Shown: positions 33,101 to 48,100 of the stretch, piece after piece | Position numbering within the stretch: position 1 is the stretch's first letter | How the letters are laid out: every line of letters begins with the position of its first letter | NCBI RefSeq assembly: GCF_009914755.1 | Contig: NC_060935.1 | Strand: one strand, 5' to 3' | Source: the human T2T-CHM13v2.0 reference genome, Homo sapiens | DNA: 64,000 bases | Made by a program: the position numbers and the translations under genes | The notes under the pieces: generated by a model | The model's input: only the letters and a program-made list of their open reading frames with translations | The model's database searches: none | Told to the model about the DNA's origin: nothing

Positions 33101-36100
33101 CTGTGAAATGAATGCACGCATCACAAAGAAGTTTCTCTGAAAGCTTCTGTCTAGTTTTTATTTGAAGATATTTGCTTTCTCACTGCAGGCATCAAACCAC
33201 TCAGAAATATCCCTTTGCAGATTCTACAAAAAGACTGTTTAAAAACTACTTAAAAGAAGAAAGGTTCAACTCTGTGAGATGAATGCACACATCACAAAGA
33301 CGTTTCTCAGAAAGCTTCTGTCTAGTTTTTATGGGAAGATAGTCTCCTTTTCACCATAGGCCTCAATGGGATCCAGAATATCCCTTTGCAGATTCTACAA
33401 AAACTGTTTCCAAACTGCCCAATCAAAAGAAAGGTTCAACACTGTAAGATGAATGCACCCATCACAAAGAAGTTTCCCAGAATGCTTCTTTCTAGTTTTC
33501 ATTTGAAGGTATTTCCTTTTTCACCATTGGCCTCAAATCGCTCAGAAATATCCCTTTGCAGATTCTACAAGAAGGCTGATTCCAAAATGCTAAATCAAAA
33601 GAAAGATTCAACTGTGTGAGATGAATGCACACATCCCAAAGAAGTTTCTCAGAAAGCTTCTTTCTAATTTTTATGTGAAGTTATTTCCTTTTTCACCGTA
33701 GGCTGAAAAACGCCCCAAAAAAGTCCCTTTGCAGATTCTACAAAAAGACTGTTTCCAAAATGCTCAATCAAAAGAAGGGTTCGACTCTGTGAGACGAATG
33801 CACACATCATAAAAAAGTTACTCAGAAAGCTTCTGTCCAGTTTTTATATGAAGATATTTTGGTTTTCACCATAGGCCTCAAAATGCTCAGAAACATCCTT
33901 CTGCAGATTCTACAAAAAGACTCTTTCCAAACTCCTCAATCAAAAGAAAGTTTCAAGTCTGTGAAATGAATGCACACAACACAAAGAAGTTTCTCAGAAA
34001 GCTTCTGCCAAATTCTTATGTGAAGATATTCCCTTTTTCAACATGTGCCACAAGGGGATCCAAATATCGCTTTGCAGATTCTGCAAAGACTGTTTCCAAA
34101 CTGCTCAGTCTAAAGAAAGGTTCAACCCTGTGAGGTGAATGCACGCATCACAAAGAAGTTTCTCAGAAAGGTTCTGTCTAGTTCTTATGTGAACATATTT
34201 CCTTTTTCACCTTAGACCTCAAAGTGCTCCCAAATATCCCTTTGCAGATTCTAGAGAGTGACTTTTTCAAACTGCTCAATCAAAAGGAAAGTTCAACTCT
34301 GCTGTTTGAATGCATACATCATACAGAAGTTTCACGGAAACCTTCTGTCTAGTTATTATGTGAAGCTATTTCCTTATTCACCATAGGCCTCAAACTGCTC
34401 TGAAATATCCCTTTGCAGATTCTAGAAAAAGACTGTTTCCAAACTGCTCAATCAAAAGAAATGTTCAACTCTGTGAGATGAATGCACACATCCCAAAGAA
34501 GTTTCTCAAAATGCTTCTGCCTAGTTTTTATGTGAAGATATTTACTTTTTCACCATAGGCCTCAAAGTGCTCCCAAATTTCCCTTTGGAGATGAATGCAT
34601 GCATCACAAACAATTTTCTCAGAAAGCTTCTGTCTAGATTTATGTGAAGATATTCACTTTTTCACCATAGGCCTCAAAGTGCAGATTCTAGAAAAAGACA
34701 GTTTCAAAGCTGCTCAATCAAAAGAAAGGTTCAACTCTGTGAGATGAATGCACACATCATAGAGTACTTTCTCAGAAAGCTTCTGTCTAGTTTTTATGTG
34801 AAGATATTTCCTTTTTCAACATAGACCTCAAACCACTCAGAAATGTCCCTTGGAAGAATCTACAAAAAGACTGTTTCCAAGCCACTCAATCAAAAGAAAG
34901 TTTCAATTCTGTGAGATGAATGCACACATCACAAACAAGTTTCTCAGAAAGCTTCTGTCTAGTTTTTATGTGAAGATATTCCATTTTTCACCAGAGGCCT
35001 CAAAGGGATCCAAAGTATCCCTTTGCATATTCTACAAAAAGACTGTTTCCAAAATGCTTAATCAAAAGAAAGGTTCAACTCTGTCCAATGAATGCACCCA
35101 TCACAAGGAAGTTATGGAGAATGCTTCTTTCTAGTTTTCATTTGAAGATATTTCCTTTTTTACCATAAGCCTCAAATCGCTCAGAAGTATCACTTTGCAG
35201 ATTCTACAAAAAGACTGTTTCCAAACTGCTCAATCAAAAGAAAGGTTCAACTCTGTGAGATGAATGCACACATCCCAAAGAAGTTCTGAGAAAACTTCTG
35301 TCTAGTTTTTATATGAAGATATTTCCTTTTTCACCATAGGCCTCAATGGGCTTCCATATATCCCTTTGGAGATTCTACAAAAAAGAGTGTTTCCAAAATG
35401 CTCAATCAAGAGAAAGTTTGAACTCAGTGAGATGAATGCACGCATCACAAAGGAGTTCCTCAGAAAGCTTCTGTCGAGTTTATATATGAAGGTATTTCCT
35501 TTGTCACCATAGGCCTCAAAATGCTCAGAAATATCCCTTGGCAGATTTTACAAAAAGTCTGTTTCCAAACTGCTCAATCAAAAGAAAGTTTCAATTCCAT
35601 GAGATGAATGCACACATCACAAACAAGTTTCTCAGAAAGCTTCGGTCTAGTTTTTATGGAAAGATATTCCCTTTTTCACCATAGACCTCAAAGGGATCCC
35701 AAATATCCCTTTGCATATTCTGTAGAAAGTTTCCAAACTGCTCAATCAAAGGAAAAGTTCAACTCTAAGAGTTGAATACAGACATCACAAATTTCTTAGA
35801 AAGCTTTTGTCTTGTTTTTATGTGAAGACATTTCCTTTTTCACGATAGGCCTCAAAGCGCCCTCAAAAATCCCATTGCAGATTCTAGAAAAAGAATGATT
35901 CCAAACTACTCAATCAAAAGAAAGGTTCAATTCTGTGAGATGAATGCACTCACTAGAAAGAAGTTTCCCAGAAAGCTTCTGTCTAGTTTTTATGTGAAGA
36001 TATTTCCTTTTTCACCATAGGCCTCAAAACACCCTCAAAATATCACTTTGCAGATTCTACAAAAGACTGTTTCCAAACTGCTCAGTCAAAAGAAAGGTTC

Positions 36101-39100
36101 TACTCTGTGAGATGAATGCACACATCACAAAAGAGTATCTCAAAAAGTTTCTGTCTTGTTTTTATGTGAAGATATTTCCTTTCTCACCATAGGTCTCAAT
36201 GTGCCCCCAAATATCCCTTTGCAGATTCTAGAAAAAGATTGTTGCAAACAGCTCAACAAAAAGAAAGGTCAACTCTGTGAAATGAATGTGCATATCGCAA
36301 AGAAGTTTCTCAGAAAGCTTCTGCCCAGTTTTTATGAGAAGATATTTCCATTTTCACCATAGGCCTCAAACTGCTCAGAAATATCCCTTTGAAAATATTA
36401 CAAAAAGACTGTTTCCAAACTACTCAATCAAAAGAAAATCTCAACTCTGTGAGATGAATACACTTATTACAAAGAAATTTCTCAGAAAGCTTCTGTCTAG
36501 TTTTTATGTGAAGATATTTCCTTTTTCACCATAGGCCTCAAAGCGCCCTCAAATTTCACTTTGCAGTTTCTACAAAAGACTGTTTCCAAACTGCTCAATC
36601 AAAAGAAATGTTCAACTCTGCAAGACGAATGCACACATCCCAAAAGAGCATCTCAGAAAATTTCTATGTAGCTTTTATGTGAAGATAATTCCTTTTTAAA
36701 AATAGGCCTCAATGTGCTCCCAAATAACCCATTGCAGATCCTAGAAAAAGAGTGTTTCCAAACTGCTCAATCAAAAGAAAGGTTCATCTCTGTGACATGA
36801 ATGCACATATCACAAAGAAGTTTCTCAGGAAGCTTCCGTATAGTTTTAATGTGTAGATATATCCTTTTTCACCATAGGCCTCAAACTGCTCAGAAATACC
36901 CATTGCAGATTCTAGAAAAAGACGTTTTGAAACTGCTCAATCAAAGGAAAGGTTCAACTCTGTGAAATGAATACACACATCACAAAGAAGTTTCTCAGAA
37001 TGCTTCTGTCTAGTTCTTATGTGAAGATATTCCCTTTTTCAACATGGGCTTCAAAAGGATCCCAAATATCCCCTTTCAGATTCTAGAAAAAGACTGTTTC
37101 CAAACAGCTCAATCAAAAGAGAGGTTCAACTCTCTGAAATGAATGCACACATCAAAAAGAAGTTCCTCCGAAAGCTTATGTTTATTTTTTACATGAAGAT
37201 ATTTCCTTCTTTTCACCTTAGGCCTCAAACCGCTCAGAAATATCACTTTGAAGTTTCTCAAAAAAACTGTTTCCAAACTGCTCAATCAAAAGAAAGGTTC
37301 AACTCTGTGAGATGAGTGCATGGATCACAACGAAGTTTCTCAGAAAGCTTCTGTCTAGTTTTTATGTGATGATATTTCCCTCTTCACCATAGGCCTCGAA
37401 GGGCTCCCAAATATCCTCTTGCAGATTCCACAAAAAGACTGTTTCCAAAATGCTCAATCAAAGGAAATTTCAACCCTGGGAGATAAATGCACTCATGACA
37501 AAGAAGTTTCTCAGAAAGCTTCTTTCTAGTTTTTATGTGAAGATATTTAATTTTCTACCATAGGCCTCAAAGCGCACTCAAATATCCCTTTGCAGTTTCT
37601 ACCAAAAGACTGTTCCCAAACTGCTCAATCAAAAGGAAGTTTCAAGTCTGTGAGAGGAATGCACACATCATAAGATGTTTACAAGAAAGCTTCTGTCTAG
37701 TTTTTATGTGAACATATTTCCTTATTCACCATAAGACTCAAACCGCTGAGAAATATCCCTTTGCAGATTCTAGAAAAAGACTGTTTCCAAAATCCTTAAT
37801 CAAAATAAAAGTTCAAATCTGTGAGGTGGATGCACACATCACAAAGAAGTTTCTCAGAAAGCTTCTGTCTAGTTTTTATATGAGGATATTTCCTTTTTCA
37901 CTGCAGGCCTCAAACCATTCAGAAATATCCCTCTGCAGATTCCAGAAAAAGATGATTTCCAAACTGCTCAATCAAAAGAAAGGTTGAACTCTGTGAGATG
38001 AATGCACTCATTTAAAAGAAGTTTCTGAGGAAGCTTCTGTCTAGCTTTTATGTGAAGATATTTCCTTTTTTACCATAGGCCTCAAAGGGTTCCCAAGTAC
38101 CCCTTGGCAGATTCTACAAAAAGTCTGTTTCCAAACTGCTTAATCAAAAGAATACTTTAACTCTGTGAGATGAATGCAGGCATCACAAAGAAGTTTCTCA
38201 GAAAGCCCTTATCTAGTTTTTAAGTGAAGATATTTCCTATTTCACCTTTGGCCTCCAAGCTCTCTCAAATATCACATTGCATATTTTACAAAAAGACTGT
38301 TTCCAAGCTGCTGAATCAAAAGAAAGTTTCAAATCTGTGAGATGAATACACCAATCACAAAGAGGTTTCTCAGAAATATTCTGTCTAGTTTTTATGTGAA
38401 GATATTTCTTTTTTCATCATATGCCTCAAAACACTCAGAAATATCCCTTTGCATATTCCAAAAAAAGGCTGTTTCCAAACTGCTCAGTCAGAAGAAAGGT
38501 TCAACTGTGTGAGATGAATGCACACATCACAAAAAGTTTCTCAGAAAGCTGTCAAGTTTTTATGTGAAGAGATTTCCTTTTTCACCTTAGGAATCAAAGG
38601 GATCCCAAATATCCCTTTGCAGATTTTACAAAAAGACTGTTTCCAAACTGATCAATCAAAAGAAAGGATCAATTCTGAGAGATGAATGCACACATCAGAA
38701 AAAGTTCCTGAGAAAACTTCTTTCTAGTTTTTATGTGAAGATATTCCCTTTTTCACCATAGACCTCAAAAGGCTCCCGAATATCCCTTTGCAGATTCTAC
38801 AAAAAGACTGTTTCCAAGCTGCTCAATCCAAAGAAAATTTCCACTCTGTGAGATCAATGAACACATGACAAACAACTTTCTTAGAAAGATTCTGTCTAGT
38901 TTTTATTTGAAGATATTCCCTTTTTCATCATAGGCTTGAAACCACTCAGAAATATCCTTTTGCAGAATCTAAAAAAAGATGGTTTCCAAACTGCTCAATC
39001 AAAAGGAAGGTTTAACTCTGTGAGATGAATGCATTCATTACAAAGAAGTTTCTCAGAAATCTTCTGTCTAGTTTTTACATGAAGATATTTCCTTTTTCAC

Positions 39101-42100
39101 CATAGGCCTCAAACCACTCAGAATTATCCCTTTGAAGATTCTTCAAAAAGACTGTTTCCAAACTTCAATTATAAGAAAGTTTCAACTCTCTGAGATGAAT
39201 GCACACACCACAGAGAAGTTTCTCAGAATATTTCTGTCTAGTTTTTATGTGAAGATATTTCCTTTTTCACCTTAGGAATCAAAGGGATCCCAAATATCAC
39301 TTTGCAGATGTTATAAAAAGACTGTTTCCACACTGATCAATCAAAAGGAAGACTTTCACCAGAGGCCTCAAAGTGCTCCCAATTATCCCTTTGCAGTTTC
39401 TACAAAATGAAAGTTTCCAAGCTGCTCAATCAGAAGAATGTATCAAATCTGTGAGATGAATGTGCACATCACAAACAAGATTCTTAGAAAGCTTCTGCCT
39501 AGTTTTTATGTGATGATATTCCCTTTTTCACCATAGACCTAAAACCATGCAGAAATATCCCTTTGTAGATTCTACAAAAGACTGTTTCCAAACTGCTGAG
39601 TCAAAAGAAAGTTTCAAATCTGTGATATGAATGCACACATCACAATGAAATTTCTCAGAAAGCTTCTGTCTAGTTTTTATGTGAAGATATTTTCTTTTTC
39701 ACTATTGGCCTCAAAGGATGCCCAAATATCTCTTTGCAGATTTTACAAAGAGACTGTTTCCAAACTGCTCAATCAAAAGAAAGTTTCAACTCTGTCAGAT
39801 GAATACAAGCATCACAACGAAGTTTCTCAGAAAGCTTCTGTCTAGTTTTTATGTGAAAATATTTCCTTTTTCACCATAGGCTTCAAAGGCCTCCCAAATA
39901 TCCCTTTGCAGATTTGACAAGGAGACTGTTTCCAAACTGCTCAATCAAAAGGAAGGTTCAATTCTGTGAGATGAATGCACACATCACAAAGAAGTTTATC
40001 AGAAAGCTTCTGTCTAGTGTTTATGAGAAGACATTTACTTTTTCACCATAGGTCAAAAACCGCACAGAAATATCCCTTTGCAGTTTCCACAAAAAGACTG
40101 TTTCCAAACTGCTCAATCAAAAGAAAGGGTCAACTGTGCGTGTTGAATGTACATATCAAAAGGAAGTTTCTCAGAAAGCTTCTTTCTAGCTTTTATGTGA
40201 AGATATTTCCGTTTTCACCATAGGCCTCAAAGTTTTCCCACATATCCCTTTGCAGATCCTACAGAAAGACTGTTTCCAAACTGATTAATGAAAAGAAAGT
40301 TTCAACTCTGTGAGATGCATGCACACCTCACAAAAGAGTTTCTCAGGAAATTTCTGTCTAGTTTTTATACGAAGAAAATTCTTTTTCAAAATAGGCCTCA
40401 AAGGGCTCCCAATTATCTCTTTGCAGATTCTACAAAAAGAATGTTTCCAAACTGCTCAATCAAAAGAAAGTTTCAATTCTGTGAGATTAATGCACACATC
40501 ACAAACAAGTTTCTCAGAAAGCTTCTGTATAGTTTTTATTTGAAGATATTCCATTTTTCACCATAAGCCTCAAACCACTCTGAAATATCCCTTTGCAGAC
40601 TCTAGATGGCTCAATGAAAAGAAAGGTTGAACCCTGTGAGATGAATGCACTCATTACAAAGGAGTTTCTCAGGAAGCTTCTGTCTAGGGTTTATGTGAAG
40701 ATATTTCCTTTTTCACCATAGGCCTCAAAGACTCCAAAATATCACTTTGCAGATTCTACAAAAAGGCTGTTTCCAAACTGCTCAATCAAAAGGAAGTTTT
40801 AACTCTGTGAGATGAATGCAGGCATCACAAAGAAGGTTCTTAGAAAGCCCCTATCTAGTTTTTAATTGAAGATATTTTCTTTTTCACCATTGGCCTCAAA
40901 GGTCTCTCAAATATCACTTTGCAGATTCTACAAAAAGACTCTTTCCAAGCTGTTCAATCAAAAGTAAGTTACTACTCTGTGAGATGAATGCACACATCAC
41001 AAAGAAGTTCCTCAGAAAAGTTCTGTGCAGTTTTTATGTGAAGATATTTCCTTTTTCACCTTAGGAATCAAAGGGATCCCAAATATCACTTTGCAGATGT
41101 TATAAAAAGACTGTTTCCACACTGATCAATCAAAAGGAAGGTTCAATTCAGTGAGAAGAATCCCCACATAAGAAAGAAGTTCCTCAGAAAACTTCAGTCT
41201 ACTTTTTATGTGAAGATATCATATTTTTCACCATAGGCCTTGAAGGCTCCCAAATATCCCTTTGCAGATTCTACAAAAGGACTGTTTCCAAGATGCTCAA
41301 TCCAAAGAAAGTTTCCACTCTGAGAGATGAATAAAGATATGACAAACAAGTTTCTCAGAAAGCTTCTGTCTAGTTTTTATTGAAAGATATTACCTTTCTC
41401 ACCATAGGCCTGAAACCAATCAGAAATATCCCTTTGTAGACCCTAAATAAGACTGTTTACAAGCTGCTCAATCAAAAGAAAGGACAGCTCTGTGAGATGA
41501 ATGCCTTCATTACAAAGAATTTTCTCAGCAAGTTTCTGTCTAGTTTTTATGTGAAGATATGTCCTTTTTCACCATAGGCCTTAAACTGGTCAGAAATATT
41601 CCCTTAGACATTCTAGAAAAAGACTGTTTCCAAACTGCTCAATCAAATGAAAGGTTCAACTCTGTGAGATGAATGCACACATCACAAAGAAGTTTCTCAG
41701 AAAGCTTCTGTCTAGTTTTTATGTGAAGATATTCCCTTTTGAGCTATAGGCCTTTAAGCTCTACAAATATCCATTTGCAGATACTACAAAAAGAGTGTTT
41801 CCAAATTGCTCAATCAAAAGAAAGGTTCAATGCTGTGAGTTGAATGCACACATCACAAAGTAGTTTCTGAGAATGCTTCTGTCTAGTTTTTATGTGAAGA
41901 TATTTCCTTTTTCAACATAGGCCTTAAACTGGTCACAAATATTCCTCTGCAGATACTACAAAATGACTGTTTCCAAGGTGCTCCGTCAAAATAAAGGTTC
42001 AACTCTGTGAGATGAGTGCACACATCACAAAGAAGTTTCTCAGAATGCTTCTGTCTAGTTTTTATGTGAAGATACTTCCTTTTACACCATAAGCCTCAAA

Positions 42101-45100
42101 GTGCTCCAAATATCCATTTGCAGATTATACAAAAAGGGTTTTCAAACTGCTCAATCAAAAGAAAGGTTCAACTGTGTGAGATGAATACACACATCACAAA
42201 GACGTTTCTCAGAATTCTTCTGTCTAGCTTTTATGTGAAGATAATTCCTTTTTCACCATAGGTGTAAAAACGCTCACAAATATCCCTCTGCAGATATCAC
42301 AAAAAGACTGTTTCCAAACTGCTCCATCAAAAGAAAGATACAACTCTGTGAGATGAAAGCACACATCACAAACAAGTTTCTCAGAATGCTTCTGTCTAAT
42401 TTTTATGGGAAGATATTTCCTTTTTCACCGTAGACCTCAAAACCTTCTGAATATCCACTTGCAGACACTACAAAAGACTGTTTCCAAACTGCTCAATCAA
42501 AATAAAGGTTCAACTCTGTGAGATGAAAGCACACATCACAAAGAAGTTTCTTAGAAAGCTTCTTTCTAGTTTTTAAGTGAAGATATTTCCTATTTCACCA
42601 CAGGCCTCAAAGGGCTCACAAATATCCATTTGCAGATTCAACAGAAGGACTGTTTCTAAACTGTTCAATCAAAAGAAAGTTTCAACTCTGTGAGATGAAT
42701 GCACACATTGCAAAGAAGTTTCTCAGAATGCTTCTTTCTAGTTTTTAAGTGAAGATATTTCCTTTTTCACCATAGGCTCCAAAGCATTCCAAATATCACT
42801 TTGCAGATTGTGCAATAAGACTGTTTCCAAAGCACTGAATCAAAAGAAAGTTTGAACTCTGTGAGATGAATGCACATATCACAAAGAAGTTTCTCAGAAT
42901 GCTTCTGTCTAGTTTTTATGTTAACATATTCCCTTTTTCACCATAGGCCTTAAACAGCTCACTAGTATCCATTTGGAGATTCTACAAAAAGACTGTTTCC
43001 AAATTGCTCCACTAGAAGAAAGTTTCAACTCTGTGAGATGAATGCATGCATCACAAAGAAGTTTCTCAGAATGCTTCTGTCTACTTTTTATGTGAAGATA
43101 TTTCCTTTTTCACGATAGGCTTCAAAACGCTCAAAATATCCATTTGCATATACTTCCAAAAGAGTGTTTCCAAACTGCTCAATCAAAAGGGAGGTTCAAC
43201 TCTGTGAGATGAAAGCACACATCATAGAGCAGTTTCTCAGAAGGATTCTGTCTCGTTTTTATGTGATATTTCTGATTTAACAGTAGGCCACAAAGGGCTC
43301 AAAAATATTTCTTTGCAGATTCTACAAAAAGACTGTTTCCAGACTGCTCAATCAAAGAAAGGTTCAAATCTGTGAGATGAATTGACACATCACAAAGAAG
43401 TTTAAAAGAATTCTTCTGTCTATTTTCTATGTGAAGGTACTTCTTTTTCACCATAGGCCTCAAATGACTCGAAAATATCCCCTTGCAGACTGTGTAAAAA
43501 GACTGTTTCCAAACTGCTCTATCAAAAGTAAGGCTCAACTCTGTGAGATGAATGCACACATCACAAAGGAGTTTCTCAGAATGCTTCTGTCTAGTTTTTA
43601 TGTGAATATATTTCCTTTTTCACCATAGACCTCAAAGCACTCCAAATATTCATTTGCAGATTCTTCAAAAAGCCCATTTCCAAACTGCTCATTCAAAAGA
43701 AACGTTCAACCCTGTGAGACTAATGCACACATCACAAAGTAGTTTCTCAGAAAGCTTCTTTCTAGTTCTTTTGTGAAGATATTTCCTTTTTTCACCATAG
43801 GCTGCAAAGCACAGCAAATATCCATTTGCAGATTCTACAAAAAGACTGTTTCCAAACTGCTCAATAAAAAGAAACGTTCAGTTCTGTGAGATGAATGGAC
43901 ACAACACAAAGAAGTTCCTCAGAATGCTTCTGTCTTGTTTTTATGTGAAGATACATCTTTTCCACTGTATGTCTCAAGAGGCTTGGAACTATCCCTTTGA
44001 AGATTGTACAAAATGCTGTTTCCAAACTTCTCAATCAAAAGAAATTTTCAACTCTGTGAGATGAATGAACACATCACAAAGAAGTTTCTCAGAAAGATTC
44101 TGCTTAGTTTTAATGTGAAGGTATTTCCTTTTCAACCATAGGCCTAAAATCACTCCAAAAATCCATTTGCATATTCTACAAAAAGAATGTTTCCAAACTG
44201 TTCAATCAAAAGAAAGTTTCAAGTCTGTGAGGTGAACGCACACCTCATGAAGAAGTTTCTCAGAATGTTTCTGTCTAGTTTTTCAGTGAAGATATTTCTT
44301 TTTTCACCATAGACATTAAACCACTCAGAAATATCCCTCTGCAGATACTACAAAAAAACTGTTTCCAAACTATTCTATCAAAAGAAAGGTTCAACACTGT
44401 AAGAAGAATGCACACATCACAAAGACGTTTCTCAGAATGCTTCTGTCTTCTTTTTATGTGAAGATATTTCCTTTTGCAACATAGGCCTCAATCACTCCAA
44501 ATGTCATTTTGCAGATTCTTCCAAAAGACTGTTTCCAACCTGCTCAAGCAAAAGTGAGTTTCAACTCTGTGAGATGAATGGAAGCAACAGAAGGAAGTTT
44601 CTTAGAGTTCGTCTATCTAGTTTTTATATGAAGATACTTATTTTTCACCATAGGCTTCAAAGGACTCGGAAGTCTCCCTTTGCAGATTGCACAAAAAGAC
44701 TGTTTCCAAACTGCTCTACCAAAAGAAAGATTCAACTCTGTGAGATGAGTGCACACATCACAAAGAAGTTTCTCAGAATGCTTCTGTGTAGTTTTTATGT
44801 GAAGGTACTTCCTTTTTCACCATAGACCTGAAAGCACTCCAAATAGCCATTTGCAGATATTACAAAAAGAGTGTTTCAAAACGGCTCAATCAAAAGAAAG
44901 TTTCAAGTCTGGGAGATGAATGCACACATCACAGAGAAGTTTCTCAGAATGTTCCTGTCTGGTTTTTATGTGAAGATATTTCCTTTTTCAACATAAGCCT
45001 TAAACTGGTCACAAATATTCCTCTGTGGATACCACAAAAAGACTGTTTCCAATGTGCTCCATGCAAAGAAAAGTTCAGCTTTGTGTGGTGAAGGCACACA

Positions 45101-48100
45101 TCACAAAGAAGTTTCTCAGGATGCCTCTCTCTAGTTTTTATGTGAAGATACATCCTTTTTCACCACAAGCCTGAAAGCGCTCCAAATATCCATTTGCATA
45201 TTCTACAAAAAGAGGGTTTCCAAACTGCTCAAACAAAAGAAAGATTCAACCATGTGAAATGAATTTACACATCACAAAGAAGTTTCTCAGAATTCTTCTG
45301 TCTAGTTTTATGTCAAGATAATTCCTTTTTCACCATAGGCTTTAAACAGCTCACAAATATCCTTCTGCAGATACTACAAAAAGACTGTTTCCAAACTGCT
45401 CCCTCAAAAGAAATGTAGAAAGGAAGGTGAGATGAAAGCACACATCATAAAGAAGTTTCTCAGAATGCTTCCATCTAGTTTTTATGTGAAGACGTTTCCT
45501 TTTCCACCATAGGCCTCAAAGCACGGAAAATATCCAGTTGCAGATTCTACAAAAAGAGTGTTTCAAAACTGCTCAATCAAAAGAAAGGTTCAAATCTGTG
45601 AGGTGAATGCACACATCACAAAGAAGTTTCTCAGAATGCTTCCATCTAGTTTTTAGGTGAATATATTTCCTTTTCCACCATAGGCTTCAAAGCGCTCCAA
45701 ATATCCTCTTGCAGATTCTACAAAAAGAGTGTTTCAAAACTTCTCAATCAAAAGAAAGTTTCAACTCTGTGAGATGAAAGCATAAATCACAAAGAAGTTT
45801 CTCAGAAGGCTTCTGTCTAGTTTTCATGTGAAGATATTTCCTTTTGAAAATAGCCTGCAAAGCGTTCTAAATATCCATTTGCAGATACTATAAAAAGACT
45901 GTTTCCAAACTGCTCTATTGAAAGTTCAACTCTGTGAGATGAATGCAGACATAACAAAGAAGTTGCTGAGAATGCTTCTGTCTAGTTTTTATGTGAAGAT
46001 ATTTCCTTAACCACCACAGGCAACCAAGCACTACAAACATCCACTTGCAGATTCTACAAAAAGAGTGTTTCAAAACTGGTCAATCAATAGAAATGTTCAA
46101 CTCTGTGAGTTGAAAGCAAGCATCACAGAGAAGTTTCTCATTAAGCTTCTGTCTAGTGTTTATGGGAAGATATTTTCTTTTATGCCATAGCCCAATAAGT
46201 GCCCCAAATAACCACATGCAGACACTACAAAAAGAGTGTTTCAAAACTGCTCAATCCAAAGAAAGATTGTACTCTATGAGATGAGTGCAGACATCACAAA
46301 GAAGTTTCCGAGAATGCTTCTCTCTAGTTTTTATGTGAAGATATTTCATTTTCCACCATAGCCCACCAAGCACTACAAATATCCACTTGCAGATTCTACA
46401 AAAAGAGTGTTTCAAAACTGCTCAATCAATAGAAATGTTCAACTCTGCGAGTTGAATGCACACATCACAGAGAAGTTTCTCATAATGCATCTCTCTAGTG
46501 TTTATGTGAAGATATGTATTTTTCCACCACAGCCCACTAAGTGCCTCAAATACCCACTTGCAGATTCTACAAAAAGTGTGTTTCAAAACTGCCCAATCCA
46601 AAGAAAGATTCAACTCTATGAAATGAATGCAGGCATCAAAAAGAAGTTTCTCAGAAGGCTTCTGTCTAGTTTTTATGAGAAGATATTCCCTTTTCCACAA
46701 TAGGCCTCAAAGTGCTCCAAATATCCTCTTGCAGATTCTACAAAAAGAGTGGTTCAAAACTTCTCAATCAAAAGAAATGTTCAACTCTGTGAGATGAATG
46801 CACACATCACAAAGCAGTTTCTCAGAATGCTTCTGTCTAGTTTTCATGTGAAGATATTTACTTTTCAAAATAGGCCACAAAGCACTCCAAATATCCATTT
46901 GCAGATACTACAAAAGACTGTTTCCAAACTGCTCTATCAAAAGTTCAACTCTGTGAGACGAATGCAGAAATCACAAAGAAGTTTCTCAGAAGGCTTCTGT
47001 CTAGTTGTTATGTGAAGATATTTCATTTTCCATCATAGGCCACCAAGCACTACAAATATCAACTAGCAGCTTCTACAAAAAGAGTGTTTTAAAACTGCTC
47101 AATCAATAAAAAGGTTCAACTCTGTGAGTTGAATGCACACATCACAGAGAAGTTTCTCATAATGCTTCTGTCTAGTGTTTACATGAGGATAATGTTTTTC
47201 TGCCACAGCCCACTAAGCGCATTAAATACCCACGTGCAGATTCTACAAAAAGAGTGTTTCAAAACTGCTCAATCTAAAGAAAGATTGAACTCTAAGAGAT
47301 GAATGCAGACATCAAAAATAAGTTTCTCAGAAGGCTTCTGTCTAGTTTTCATGTGAAGATAATTCATTTTCCATCATAGTCCACCAAGCACCACTAATAC
47401 CCACTTGGAGATTCTACAAAAGGAGTGTTTCAAAACTGCTCAATCCAAAGAAACATTCAACTCTATGAGACAAATGCACGCATCACAAAGAAGTTTCTCA
47501 GAATGCTTCTGTCTAGTTTTTGTGTGAAGATATTCCCTTTTCCACCATAGGCCTCAAAGCGCTCCAAATATCCTCTTGCAGATTCTACAAAAAGACTGTT
47601 TCAAAACTTCTCAGTCAAAAGAAAGGTGAAACTCTGTTAGTTGAATGGACACATCACAAAGCAGTTTCTCCTAATGCTTCTGTCTAGTTTTCATTTCAAG
47701 ATATGTCCTTTTCAAAATAGGCCTCAAAGCACTCCAAATATCCATTTGCAGATACTACAAAAATACTGTTTCCAAACTGGTCTATCAAAAGTTCAACTCT
47801 GTGAGATGAATGCTGACATCACAAAGAAGATTCTGAGAATGCTTCTGTCTAGTTTTTATGTGAAGATATTTCATTTTCCACCATAGGACACCAAGCACTA
47901 CAAATATCCACTTGCAGATTCTACAAAAAGAGTGTTTCAAAACTGCTCAATCAATAGAAAGGTTCATCTCTGTGAGTTGAATGCACACATCACAGAGAAG
48001 TTTCTCATAATGCTTCAGTCTAGTGTTTACGTGAAGATATTTTTTTCCTCCATAGTCCACTAAGCGCCCACAATACCCACTTGCAGATTCTACAAAAACA

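Noticed and set aside
22850-40620. Isolated intra-monomer deletions and duplications (~22860, 30740, 34588, 34680, 40607)
   Set aside because: These are ordinary decay of old monomeric satellite with no shared pattern.
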